NCBI GenBank assembly: GCA_031261985.1
Contig: JAISIR010000011.1
Span: 19,472 to 83,471, forward strand
DNA length: 64,000 bases
Origin: Clostridiales bacterium
GTDB taxonomy: Bacteria > Bacillota > Clostridia > Monoglobales > WRBX01
Direction: 5' to 3'
Position numbers and translations under genes: made by a program. Shown here one piece after another: positions 33,863 to 43,600 of the stretch (position 1 is the stretch's first letter; each line of letters begins with the position of its first letter). Below the pieces are notes generated by a model. The model worked only from the letters and a program-made list of their open reading frames with translations. It was not told where the DNA came from and searched no databases.

Positions 33863-36337
33863 CTAGTTAGTATTTGCTAAATTCCCATCGCTTGGCATAT
33901 AATCGGTCATAGGGGTGGGGGGTACGCTAAGTGCGGTGGGTTTTTGCTCATCGTGCATATGCGCAATTATATAAGGGTTAATATTTAGTGCTTGAGGCAA
34001 CACTTCGTCCATATTTTGCACACATATAAATTCAAGATTATCGCGGACCTCTTGAGGGACATCGTCGATATCTTTTTTATTTTCGGCGGGCAGGATTATT
34101 GTTTTAACGCCTGCGGTGTATGCGCCAAGGGCTTTTTCTTTGAATCCGCCAATGGGTAGCACGCGGCCACGGATAGAGACCTCGCCTGTTAGGGCTACAT
34201 TATGGCGGGTGGGTATATTTGCAAGTGCAGAAATTATGGCGGTAGCAATTGCAGAGCCAGCAGAAGGACCGTCTTTTGGAGTAGCACTTTGAGGTGCGTG
34301 GACGTGGATATCGGTATTTTTATAGAACTCATCGTCTAGACCTAGGCGTGGGGCAATGCTACGAACGTAGCTTAGGGCGGCTTTAACGCTTTCATCCATA
34401 ATTTTGCCAAGGTTGCCAGTTATTTGAAGCTTGCCGGTGCCTTTTACAACGTTAACCTCGATAGGCAGAATGCATCCACCAACGCGCGTCCAGGCAAGAC
34501 CATTAATTAAGCCAATTTGGTCGGTTTTAGGGATTAAGTCTAGCGTATATTTGCGTTTGCCTAAAAAATCGGCAATGTTTTTATTAGTAATTTTAAAGGT
34601 TTTAGCCTGGTTCTCGATTAATTTGCGCGCGCATTTTCGGCAAATTTTACTTATAGAGCGTTCTAGATTTCGGACGCCAGATTCGCGTGTGTAATAGTTA
34701 ATAATCTCGTCTATTGCGGTAAGATTTATGGATAGTTGTTTAGCTGTTAGGCCGGCAAAAGTGCGTTGTTTAGGGATTAGGAAACCTTTGGCGATGGCGT
34801 GCTTCTCTTGCGGAGTATATGTTGAAAGCTCGACGATTTCTAATCTATCTAGCAGTGGGCGGGGGATAGTATCTAGCGTATTGGCGGTGGCGATAAAGAA
34901 GATATCGCTTAAATCGACAGGGATTTCGATATAGTGGTCTTTAAAGGTGGTGTTTTGCTCGGCATCTAAAACTTCTAGCAGGCTAGACGCAGGGTCGCCG
35001 CGGAAATCACTACTCATTTTATCAATCTCGTCTAGTAAGATAACGCAATTATCGGTTTTAGCGGAGGTTAGGGCTTTGATGATTCTACCTGGCATGGCAC
35101 CGATATAAGTGCGACGGTGGCCGCGGATTTCTGCCTCGTCACGAACGCCACCTAGCGAAACTCTAGCAAAATTGCGGTTCATAGCTTTGGCGATAGTAGA
35201 TGCAACCGAAGTTTTACCCGTCCCAGGAGGACCGACCAGGCATAGGATTTGACCGCGTTTATGTGCCGAAAGCTGACGGACTGCTAAGAATTCAAGGACG
35301 TGTTGATTGACATCTTCCATACCATAATGGGCTTTTTTAAGGATAGATTCGGTGTGAGAAAGGTTAGTATTCTCGGTAGTTTTTTTGCCAAAGGGAAGTT
35401 CTAAAATGGTATCTAAGTAATTGCGAATAACGCTACTATCAGGAGAATTTGGCATCATTTTATTCAGACGTGATAAGTCTTTATTTAGTTTTTCTTTACT
35501 TTCTTCACTTATATTTAGTTCGTCAATTTTAGCTTTATACTCGGTAATTTCAGAATCTTGGGTAAAGGGGTCGGTATCTTCGCCTAGCTCGCGCTTGATT
35601 ATGTTCATTTGCTCCCTTAAAAAGTATGCGCGCTCGTTCTCGCGTAATTTATCGCTGGTTTTGCGCATTACGCTAGCACCTACTTCTAAAAGCGAGTTCT
35701 CGTACTCTAAAAACTCGATAACTTTAATAATGCGTGTTTTTGCGTTAAGCGTAGACAGAATTTTTTGCTTAGTTTCTGCATTTGCGATAACGGCTGACAT
35801 AATTTTATCGGCAATTCTTCCTGCGTCATTATGCGAAAACACTTCGGTGATGATTTCTTGAGGGATTTTTGCTAGAAGTTCGCAATATTGTTCAAACTCG
35901 TCGTGTGCTTTGCGGATTAAGCCTTTAACCTCGATAGTGTTGCGTGCATGATGCTCGGTTATGGGTTTAGCGGTTGCTTGTAAAAATGGCTTGGACTGAG
36001 TAATATCTAGCACTTTAGCACGACAAAGGCCGCGGACTAAAACGCGGACGCCGCCATTGGCTAATTTGACTAATTGCTTAATCTCGGCGATTACTCCGAA
36101 ATCGTATAAATCGTCGGGCGAGGGGTGCTTTGCATCAGTTTTTTGGGACAGTAACAGAACCCTTTGTGTATTGCGCATGGCAAAGTTTAGGGCTTTAATA
36201 GATTCCTCGCGTGCGACATCGAAGTGAAGGGGGATAAGGGGGAAGATGCACAGCCCGTTAAGAGGGGCGACGGGGAGGGTTTCGGTATATGTGGTTTTTA
36301 ATTCTTTGTTTGGGGTATTGGGGTTGGTATTTTTCAA
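33863..36337 (-). CDS. lon: ATP-dependent Lon protease
   Basis: LON N-domain, Walker A GPPGTGKTS, and the Ser-Lys protease motif PKDGPSAGSAIATAIISAL. TTG start with a TAAGGA SD. Confidence 0.95.
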   Translation of the reverse strand: MKNTNPNTPNKELKTTYTETLPVAPLNGLCIFPLIPLHFDVAREESIKALNFAMRNTQRVLLLSQKTDAKHPSPDDLYDFGVIAEIKQLVKLANGGVRVLVRGLCRAKVLDITQSKPFLQATAKPITEHHARNTIEVKGLIRKAHDEFEQYCELLAKIPQEIITEVFSHNDAGRIADKIMSAVIANAETKQKILSTLNAKTRIIKVIEFLEYENSLLEVGASVMRKTSDKLRENERAYFLREQMNIIKRELGEDTDPFTQDSEITEYKAKIDELNISEESKEKLNKDLSRLNKMMPNSPDSSVIRNYLDTILELPFGKKTTENTNLSHTESILKKAHYGMEDVNQHVLEFLAVRQLSAHKRGQILCLVGPPGTGKTSVASTIAKAMNRNFARVSLGGVRDEAEIRGHRRTYIGAMPGRIIKALTSAKTDNCVILLDEIDKMSSDFRGDPASSLLEVLDAEQNTTFKDHYIEIPVDLSDIFFIATANTLDTIPRPLLDRLEIVELSTYTPQEKHAIAKGFLIPKQRTFAGLTAKQLSINLTAIDEIINYYTRESGVRNLERSISKICRKCARKLIENQAKTFKITNKNIADFLGKRKYTLDLIPKTDQIGLINGLAWTRVGGCILPIEVNVVKGTGKLQITGNLGKIMDESVKAALSYVRSIAPRLGLDDEFYKNTDIHVHAPQSATPKDGPSAGSAIATAIISALANIPTRHNVALTGEVSIRGRVLPIGGFKEKALGAYTAGVKTIILPAENKKDIDDVPQEVRDNLEFICVQNMDEVLPQALNINPYIIAHMHDEQKPTALSVPPTPMTDYMPSDGNLANTN

Positions 36338-36368
36338 TTTTAAAACATCCTTAATTCTGCATTCTCAA

Positions 36369-37631
36369 TTATTCATTGCTTTTCCCTATATCTGTTCTAT
36401 AGTGCATATCTTCAAAGCTAATTTTTTTAACGCCAGAGTATGCGTGAGTGGCGGCATCTGCTAAAGTTTCACCTTGACCGACAACGCATAACACACGTCC
36501 GCCAGAAGTAACTGGCTTGCCATTTTGCTCTAACGCACCGCTTATGTACACCTTGTTGTTATTGGCAGTGGCATCGTCTATTCCAAAAATCTCTTTACCT
36601 GTTTGATATTTTTTAGGGTATCCGCCGCTTGCCATAACAACGCACATAGTAGGTGAGTTGTTCCACTTAATATCAATACTATCTAGTTTTTCATCTACAA
36701 TTGCCTCAAAAATTTCGAGTAAATCGGTTTGTAATTGTGGAAGGATAACTTGAGTTTCGGGGTCGCCAAAGCGTGAGTTATACTCGATTACTTTTAAGCC
36801 ATTATCGGTTAAAATAAGCCCGAAGTATAGCACGCCTTTGAACTTAATGCCTTCGCTGTTGAGCGCGTTTAGTGTAGGGGTGAAAATCTCGTCCATTGCC
36901 TTAGCTTTTAGCGCGGGAGTAAAGATAGGGCTGGGCGAATACGCTCCCATGCCGCCGGTGTTTAAGCCTTGGTCGTTATCTAGCGCGCGCTTATGGTCTT
37001 GGCTAGAGGGCATAAGTTTTAGAGTAGTGCCGTCGGTAAATGCAAGGACGGTGATTTCGCGTCCTGATAAAAATTCTTCGATAACTACGCGATTGCCAGC
37101 TTCACCAAAGGCTTTGTCTAGCATGATATCTTTTATAGCAATATTTGCCTCTTCAAAATTTTGCGCGATGATAACGCCTTTGCCTAACGCTAAACCTTCG
37201 GCTTTAATAACGATAGGGAAGGTTTGAGTTTTAAGGTATTCTATTGCGTCATCGGCAGAATCGAAAGTTTCGTAAGTGGCGGTGGGGATATTATATTTTT
37301 TCATTAAATTTTTGGAATAAACCTTGCTCCATTCGATTTTTGCGGCAAGGCGAGTAGGACCAAAGGCGCGAATGCCAGCGGCGGTTAACATATCGACTAA
37401 GCCTAGGGCAAGCGGGTCGTCGGGAGCGACGATGACAAAATCGATAGCGTTAGATTTAGCAAAATCGACTATTGCAGGGACGTCGGTGGGGGAGATATCA
37501 ATAGGGATTGCTATTTTATTTGTGCCATAGTTGCCTTTGGTTATGTAGAGGGTGGTGCATTTGGGGCTGCTGGCTATTTTATCGGCAATGGCATGCTCGC
37601 GCCCACCGTTGCCTATTAGTAGGATGTTCAT
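36369..37631 (-). CDS. purD: Phosphoribosylamine-glycine ligase
   Basis: N-terminus MNILLIGNGGREHAIA, an ATP-grasp core, and 420 aa collinear with GAR synthetase. Confidence 0.93.
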   Translation of the reverse strand: MNILLIGNGGREHAIADKIASSPKCTTLYITKGNYGTNKIAIPIDISPTDVPAIVDFAKSNAIDFVIVAPDDPLALGLVDMLTAAGIRAFGPTRLAAKIEWSKVYSKNLMKKYNIPTATYETFDSADDAIEYLKTQTFPIVIKAEGLALGKGVIIAQNFEEANIAIKDIMLDKAFGEAGNRVVIEEFLSGREITVLAFTDGTTLKLMPSSQDHKRALDNDQGLNTGGMGAYSPSPIFTPALKAKAMDEIFTPTLNALNSEGIKFKGVLYFGLILTDNGLKVIEYNSRFGDPETQVILPQLQTDLLEIFEAIVDEKLDSIDIKWNNSPTMCVVMASGGYPKKYQTGKEIFGIDDATANNNKVYISGALEQNGKPVTSGGRVLCVVGQGETLADAATHAYSGVKKISFEDMHYRTDIGKSNE

Positions 37632-37762
37632 GGATGTTTCACTCCGGATTTTATTTGTGATTTTTTAATTCTATCATACATTAAAACTAAAATCAAGTGT
37701 ATTTTTTGGTAATTAAATGGTAAAATCTAGCAGGCATTGCTGATAGTTGTTTAGTGATTGCT

Positions 37763-38620
37763 TTACTTTTTGTCGTAATCGCGATGTGAGATTATTACGT
37801 TATGCCCATTTTCTTTAAGGTAAGCGTATAAACCTTCGGCAATGGTTACCGAGCGATGACGTCCGCCTGTGCAACCGATAGACACGATTAGCTGAGCCTT
37901 GCCTTCGTCTATATAATGTGGTATTAAGTAGGTAATCATATCTATTAATTTAGCAAGGAAGTTTTGGCTTTGAGAGTAGCCCATAACGTAATCGCTAACT
38001 TCTTGGTTCATGCCAGTTAGTTTTTTAAGCTCGGGGATATAAAATGGGTTGGGTAAAAAACGGACGTCGAATACAAGGTCGCTATCGAGCGGGATTCCGT
38101 ATTTAAAGCCAAAAGTAACAATGTTAATAAACAGCTTGCCGCTTTTAGATTCGGGCGAGAATATGCCTGCGATTTCGCTACGTAATTGTTGAGGGAGTTT
38201 ATCGCTGGTATCGATTATATGTGTAGCCTTCTTTTTAATAGCTTTTAGCATAGCGCGTTCGTGGATAATAGCCTCGGATAACAACTCTTCGTTAGAGAAG
38301 GGGTGTTTACGACGAGTTTCTTTAAAACGTTTTATTAAGACATCATCGCGCGCATCTAAGAATAGAACTTCGTAATTATAGCCATTCTCGGTTAACTCGT
38401 CTAGCTGATTAAACAGTTGGTTAAATAGCTCGCCGCCGCGGACGTCGCACACAAGGGCGACTTTATCAAGCTTACCCTGAGATGAATAGCAGATTTCGGC
38501 AAACTTTGATATAAGGGCGGGGGGCATGTTATCTATGCAATAGTAGCCGATATCCTCTAGGCTGCGGACGGCATTGGTTTTGCCTGCACCAGATAGACCT
38601 GTGATAATAACAAAGCGCAT
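37763..38620 (-). CDS. rapZ: RNase adapter protein RapZ (YvcJ family P-loop protein)
   Basis: MRFVIITGLSGAGKT Walker A and the C-terminal motif IGCTGGRHRSV. Confidence 0.9.
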   Translation of the reverse strand: MRFVIITGLSGAGKTNAVRSLEDIGYYCIDNMPPALISKFAEICYSSQGKLDKVALVCDVRGGELFNQLFNQLDELTENGYNYEVLFLDARDDVLIKRFKETRRKHPFSNEELLSEAIIHERAMLKAIKKKATHIIDTSDKLPQQLRSEIAGIFSPESKSGKLFINIVTFGFKYGIPLDSDLVFDVRFLPNPFYIPELKKLTGMNQEVSDYVMGYSQSQNFLAKLIDMITYLIPHYIDEGKAQLIVSIGCTGGRHRSVTIAEGLYAYLKENGHNVIISHRDYDKK

Positions 38621-38645
38621 AATAATTTCTCCTATAATCGATTTT

Positions 38646-39482
38646 TTAACTTATGGTAATCATTTCTTCTTGTAAATTAATATTATATTTATCTTTTACT
38701 TTTTGTTTAATGGTTTTAACAAGAGTGGTAACATCACGTGCGGTTGCGCCACCTAGGTTGACAATAAAACCGCTATGTTTGGTAGAAACTTGGGCACCAC
38801 CACATTTTACGCCGCGCATGTTAACGCCGTCGATATATTTATAGACAGCCTCGCCATTTATGCGCTTAAAAGTGCTGCCGCAATTAGGGTGGTTAAGTGG
38901 TTGAGAGGCGACGCGCAAGGCTATAAGCTGCGACATTTTTGCTTTAATATCGTTTGCATTGCCATTACTTAGTTTAAGCGTGGCTTGAAGGATTATACCA
39001 CCATCTGTTTTGAACTGACTGGAGCGATAGCTAAAACTGGGGGATGTAGTTGACATAACCTTACCGTTTTTAAGGTAGGTGACCGAGTGGATAATATCGG
39101 CAAACTCGCCACCATGTGCGCCGGCGTTCATAAAAATTGCACCGCCTAAGCGGCCGGGGATTCCGTACGAAAACTCTAGCCCAGTAAGTGAATATTTGAG
39201 AGCTACTTGGTTAAGCTTTGCAAGGTGGACGCCACAATCGGCTGTTATAGTATTATTAGTTACAGATATATTTTTAAGGTGGTTGGTTAGGATTAAGGGG
39301 GTGGTAAGAGGGGAATCGGGGAAGAGGATTTTAGAGCCGTTGCCAAGGATAATAGCGTTTGGGTAGGTGGTGGCGATATCTATTAGTTCATCGATATTTT
39401 GAGGTATGTATATATCTTTTGCTATGCCGCCGATGTTGAAGGTTGAGTATTGGGCAATGGGCGCGTTGGTTAGATGAAGCAT
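38646..39482 (-). CDS. murB: UDP-N-acetylenolpyruvoylglucosamine reductase
   Basis: Motifs FNIGG, GNGSKILF and GIPGRLGGAIFMNAGAHGGE. The start is moved to ATG 39482 (AAGGTGGTG SD); the 34 upstream codons of the track ORF lack homology-like sequence. Confidence 0.9.
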   Translation of the reverse strand: MLHLTNAPIAQYSTFNIGGIAKDIYIPQNIDELIDIATTYPNAIILGNGSKILFPDSPLTTPLILTNHLKNISVTNNTITADCGVHLAKLNQVALKYSLTGLEFSYGIPGRLGGAIFMNAGAHGGEFADIIHSVTYLKNGKVMSTTSPSFSYRSSQFKTDGGIILQATLKLSNGNANDIKAKMSQLIALRVASQPLNHPNCGSTFKRINGEAVYKYIDGVNMRGVKCGGAQVSTKHSGFIVNLGGATARDVTTLVKTIKQKVKDKYNINLQEEMITIS

Positions 39483-39676
39483 AGGGAACACCACCTTTTT
39501 TGGGATGACAGAATGCGTGTTTGCGGGAAGCTTTTTGAATAACTGATTTCTATATTTTAGGCTATCAGCAAGGCAAATTGGCAAAACCGCTCAGTCAGGA
39601 TAAAGAAAATCACTTTATATTCCTTCGCTTAGTTTCGCCACTTTGTCTTGCTGATATTGACATTAATTCTCAATTC

Positions 39677-40603
39677 TCAATTATCTTTTTTCATGTTTTC
39701 CATCAATTTTTTGTTGAGTTCAGAGGCGGCGTTGTAGCCCTGCATTTTAATACGATTATTAATGGTAGCGACTTCGATAATTATAGCCAAATTGCGCCCT
39801 GATTTAACCGGGATATGCAGGCAAGGGATTTTTATGCCAAGCAACTCATCGTAAGTTTTGTCTAGCCCTAGACGGTCGTAGGTATCGGTATTTTCCCACT
39901 GTTTAAGGTGAATAACTAATGTAATAGGGATGCTATCGATAACAGCGCTGGCACCAAAAATAGTGCGGATGTCGACAATGCCTATGCCACGTAACTCTAG
40001 CAAGTTTTTTATAACAGGTGGGGCGGTGCCGATTACCTGGTTGTTTGCATTTAGTGTGATATCGACATTATCGTCTGAAACTAGGCGGTAACCACGTTTG
40101 ATAAGCTCTAGAGTGGTTTCGCTTTTACCGATTCCGCTTTCGCCCATTAGAAGCACGCCTTCGCTATGAAGTTCTAGCAGCACGCCATGCACGCTAGAAC
40201 GAGGGGCAAAATATTCTTTAATATATGTATAATATTCGCTTCTAAAAACAGAACAAGACAATTGCGTATTATAGCAATTAATATTAGAATTCTTGATTAA
40301 ATCTAGGCTATCGGGCGGTAAGTTTGCATCATTAGTGACGATTAAGCCTGGCATACCCGCGTTTAAAAAATTAGTTAGGTTGGTATGGCGGGTGCGAGTA
40401 TCAAGCGAGCGGAGGTAATCGCCCTCGACGCGACCTATAATTTGCATTCGGCGATTGTTATAATCGACTAAAAAGCCTGCAAGGGGCAAGCCGCAACGGT
40501 TTATATTAGGGGTGTAGATAAAGGATTCGTCGGGGTTATTTGGTTGGTTTATAACTTGGAGGTTAAAATGTTTGATTATCTCGCTTAGTGAAATCTGTTG
40601 CAT
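39677..40603 (-). CDS. hprK: HPr kinase/phosphorylase
   Basis: The signature GVLLELHSEGVLLMGESGIGKSETTLELIKRGYRLVSDDNV. Confidence 0.93.
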   Translation of the reverse strand: MQQISLSEIIKHFNLQVINQPNNPDESFIYTPNINRCGLPLAGFLVDYNNRRMQIIGRVEGDYLRSLDTRTRHTNLTNFLNAGMPGLIVTNDANLPPDSLDLIKNSNINCYNTQLSCSVFRSEYYTYIKEYFAPRSSVHGVLLELHSEGVLLMGESGIGKSETTLELIKRGYRLVSDDNVDITLNANNQVIGTAPPVIKNLLELRGIGIVDIRTIFGASAVIDSIPITLVIHLKQWENTDTYDRLGLDKTYDELLGIKIPCLHIPVKSGRNLAIIIEVATINNRIKMQGYNAASELNKKLMENMKKDN

Positions 40604-40642
40604 ATTGATTGCCCCCTTTTATGATATTTGGCACTTAGTTAA

Positions 40643-43600
40643 TTAGTTAAAAAAAGATATTTGGTTACTCTCGTCCATACCGTCTAGGCAGCCATGCTCG
40701 CGGAATAGTTCTATAACAGTTTTGTTTACTTTGCCGCGAATGCGTAAATCTTCTATGCTACTAAAGGGTTCTTCGTTGCGTGCGGCAACGATGCTTTCGG
40801 CTGCGCTGCCGCCTAAACCTGCAAAGGCATTAAGCGGAAGGCGAATGGCACCGTCTTCGGGTAAGAACTTTTTACTATCCGATTTATAAAGGTCTATAGG
40901 TAAAAATTTAAAGCCGCGGGCGAACATCTCTCTAACTAATTGGCAGATGGTAAGGACGTTTTTATCTTTAGCGTTAAGAGTGTTCTCTTGAGGTTCGAGT
41001 GTTCGGATAGTATTATTTAGTTTTAAAGGTGTAGCCATAAGGTTAGCATCAAACTCGTCGGCGCGGACGGTTAAGTAGGTAAGGTAGAAAGCCAATGGGT
41101 AGTGCACCTTAAACCAAGCTATTTTAAATGCCATAGTGACATATGCAACGGCGTGGGCTTTAGGGAACATGTACTGAATTTTATTGCAGCTATCTATATA
41201 CCATTGTGGAACATTATATATTTTCATTAGTTCTTCGTCATCGGGGGTTAACTGTTTACCTTTACGCACACGCTCCATAATATCGAAGGCATTTTTGGCA
41301 GGCAAACCTTTATGAAGTAAGAAGAGCATGATATCATCGCGAGTACATATACAATCTTTAAGCGGGACGATGCCATCTTTTATAAGCTGCTGCGCGTTAT
41401 TAAGCCAAACGTTGGTGCCATGAGATAGCCCAGATATGCGGACCAGCTCGGAAAAAGTAGTGGGCTGGGTATCCATCAGCATTTGACGGACGAATTTAGT
41501 GCCAAACTCGGGCACGCCTAGCGAGCCAATTTCGCTATTAATGCTTTCTGGCTCGATATTTAGGGCAAGGGTAGATGTAAACAGGCTCATGGTTTCGGGG
41601 TCGTCAATGGGTATAGTTTTAGCCGAGACACCGGTTAAATCTTCTAGCATACGAATAACGGTAGGGTCGTCATGACCTAGGATATCGAGTTTAAGCAGGC
41701 GGCCGCTGATAGAATGATAATCGAAGTGAGTGGTAAATACGTTTTTATCCTTATCGTCGGCAGGATGTTGAAATGGAGTGAATTCGTGGATATCGCGACC
41801 TTTAGGCACGACCATAACGCCGCCTGGATGTTGACCCGTGGTGCGTTTTATGCCTGTGCAGCCTGCAACTAATTGATTGATGCGTGCGCTATTTGTAATT
41901 ATATTACGTGCTTCGAGATATTTTTTAACAAAGCCATAGGCTGTTTTAGATGCGATGGTGGCAATGGTACCTGCGCGGAAAATATAGCCTTCGCCGAATA
42001 ATTCCTCGACAAATTTATGGGCGGTAGATTGATAATCGCCACTGAAGTTTAAGTCGATATCGGGTTCCTTATCGCCTTCAAAGCCTAAAAAGGTTTCAAA
42101 GGGGATATCGTGACCGTCTTTTTGAAGTGGCCTGCAGCAATGAGGGCATTCTTTATTAGGCATATCCACACCAGATGAGTAGGTGCCATCGGTTATAAAC
42201 TCGCTATAGTTACAATGAGGGCAAATATAGTGTGGAGGAAGGGCGTTAACCTCGGTAATTCCGCATAAAAAGGCGATGAAAGATGAACCGACAGAGCCAC
42301 GCGAGCCTACAAGGTAGCCATCGGAATTAGATTTTTGGACTAATTTTTGTGCGATGTAATACATCACCGAGAAGCCATATTTTATAATTTTTTCTAGTTC
42401 TTTATCAATGCGTTTTTGGACAATATCGGGGAGCGGGTCGCCATAGATTTGCTTAGCCTTCGCCTTGCTTCCGTCGACGATTGCCTCGATACTACCGTCT
42501 AGCTCTGGTGGGCAAGTTTCGTCGGGGATTGGTTTAATTTTGTCTATACTATCGGCGATTTTTTGAGGGTTATGTATAACAATTTTTTCGGCAACATCTG
42601 GTGGTAGATAATTAAACTCGTCTAGCATTTCTTTAGTAGTGCGGAAGTAAAGTGGGGCTTGGTTGTCGGCGTCTGAATATCCGATGCCCGCTTGCAGAAT
42701 GGCGCGGAATTGGCTATCGGCTTTATCCATAAAATGAACGTCGCCAGTGGCAACAACAAGCTTACCCATTTTATCGCCTAGGGCGATTATTTTTTTATTA
42801 ATCTCTTTTAATTGGTTAATAGTAGCCGTGCCATTTTCGACCATGAACTTATTGTTGCCAAGTGGCATGACTTCAAAATAATCGTAGAAGCTAGCAATTT
42901 CCTCGATTTTACTTTGGGGCATGTCGTCTAATATAGCGCGATAAAGCTCGCCAAGCTCGCAGGCAGAGCCGATTATCAGTCCATCGCGGTGCTGGGTTAG
43001 GATATTGCGAGGGATTCTAGGTTTTTTATAGAAGTTTTGAGTATGCGAATAAGTAATAAGCTTATACAAATTTTGCAGCCCGACATAGTTTTTTGCAAGA
43101 ATAATGATATGATTGCTTGCTTGTTTAGAGCCTACTTCGATATCTGACTCGGGCAGTTGGGTTAAATACCCTTCGACGCCATAGATTATTTTGAAGTCGT
43201 CGGGTGCATTTTTAGCAGCAATATGTGCATCAGGGAAGGCTTGGACAACGCCATGGTCGGTAATTGCGACGGCTTTATGACCCCAATATATTGCGCGAGA
43301 GACTAAATCTTTTACATTTGACACGCCGTCCATAGAACTCATTTTAGTATGCAGGTGAAGTTCGACGCGTTTGTTTTCTGCCATGTCTTGACGCACGGGA
43401 GGGGTAGGGATTTCTTTGATTCCTGTGATATTTACAACCGTCTCGCGAGAGTATTTATCGTATTGCGCATCACCACAAGCGCGGAACGATTTACCCATTT
43501 TTAGCTTGCCGTCGAGGTCGTTCTTTTTTGCGGTGGCGGTGGATAGCTTGATTTTGCAGCTTATGGCGGTATTGTCAATCCCTGCGATATCGAACTTATA

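Noticed and set aside
35421-35861. A 146-aa ORF antisense to lon. Similar antisense ORFs lie in purD (36838..37227, 37324..37530), murB (39079..39366), pnp (48614..48811, 49688..49924), ppdK (51949..52200) and glmS/glmM (56434..56658, 57872..58081, 58211..58417).
   Set aside because: They lie inside highly conserved housekeeping genes and have low-complexity shadow-frame composition.
37632-37762. A possible purine riboswitch or T-box upstream of purD.
   Set aside because: The reverse-complemented leader shows none of the conserved purine-riboswitch loops (UAUAAU...GGAUAUGG...CCGUAAAU) or T-box elements. It is simply AT-rich.
39578-39802. A 74-aa ORF bridging the murB-hprK gap; likewise 36246..36464 bridging lon and purD.
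   Set aside because: They overlap the ends of two real genes on the opposite strand and have no SD. The gaps contain only short repeat words (aattctcaatt / aattctgcattctcaatt).
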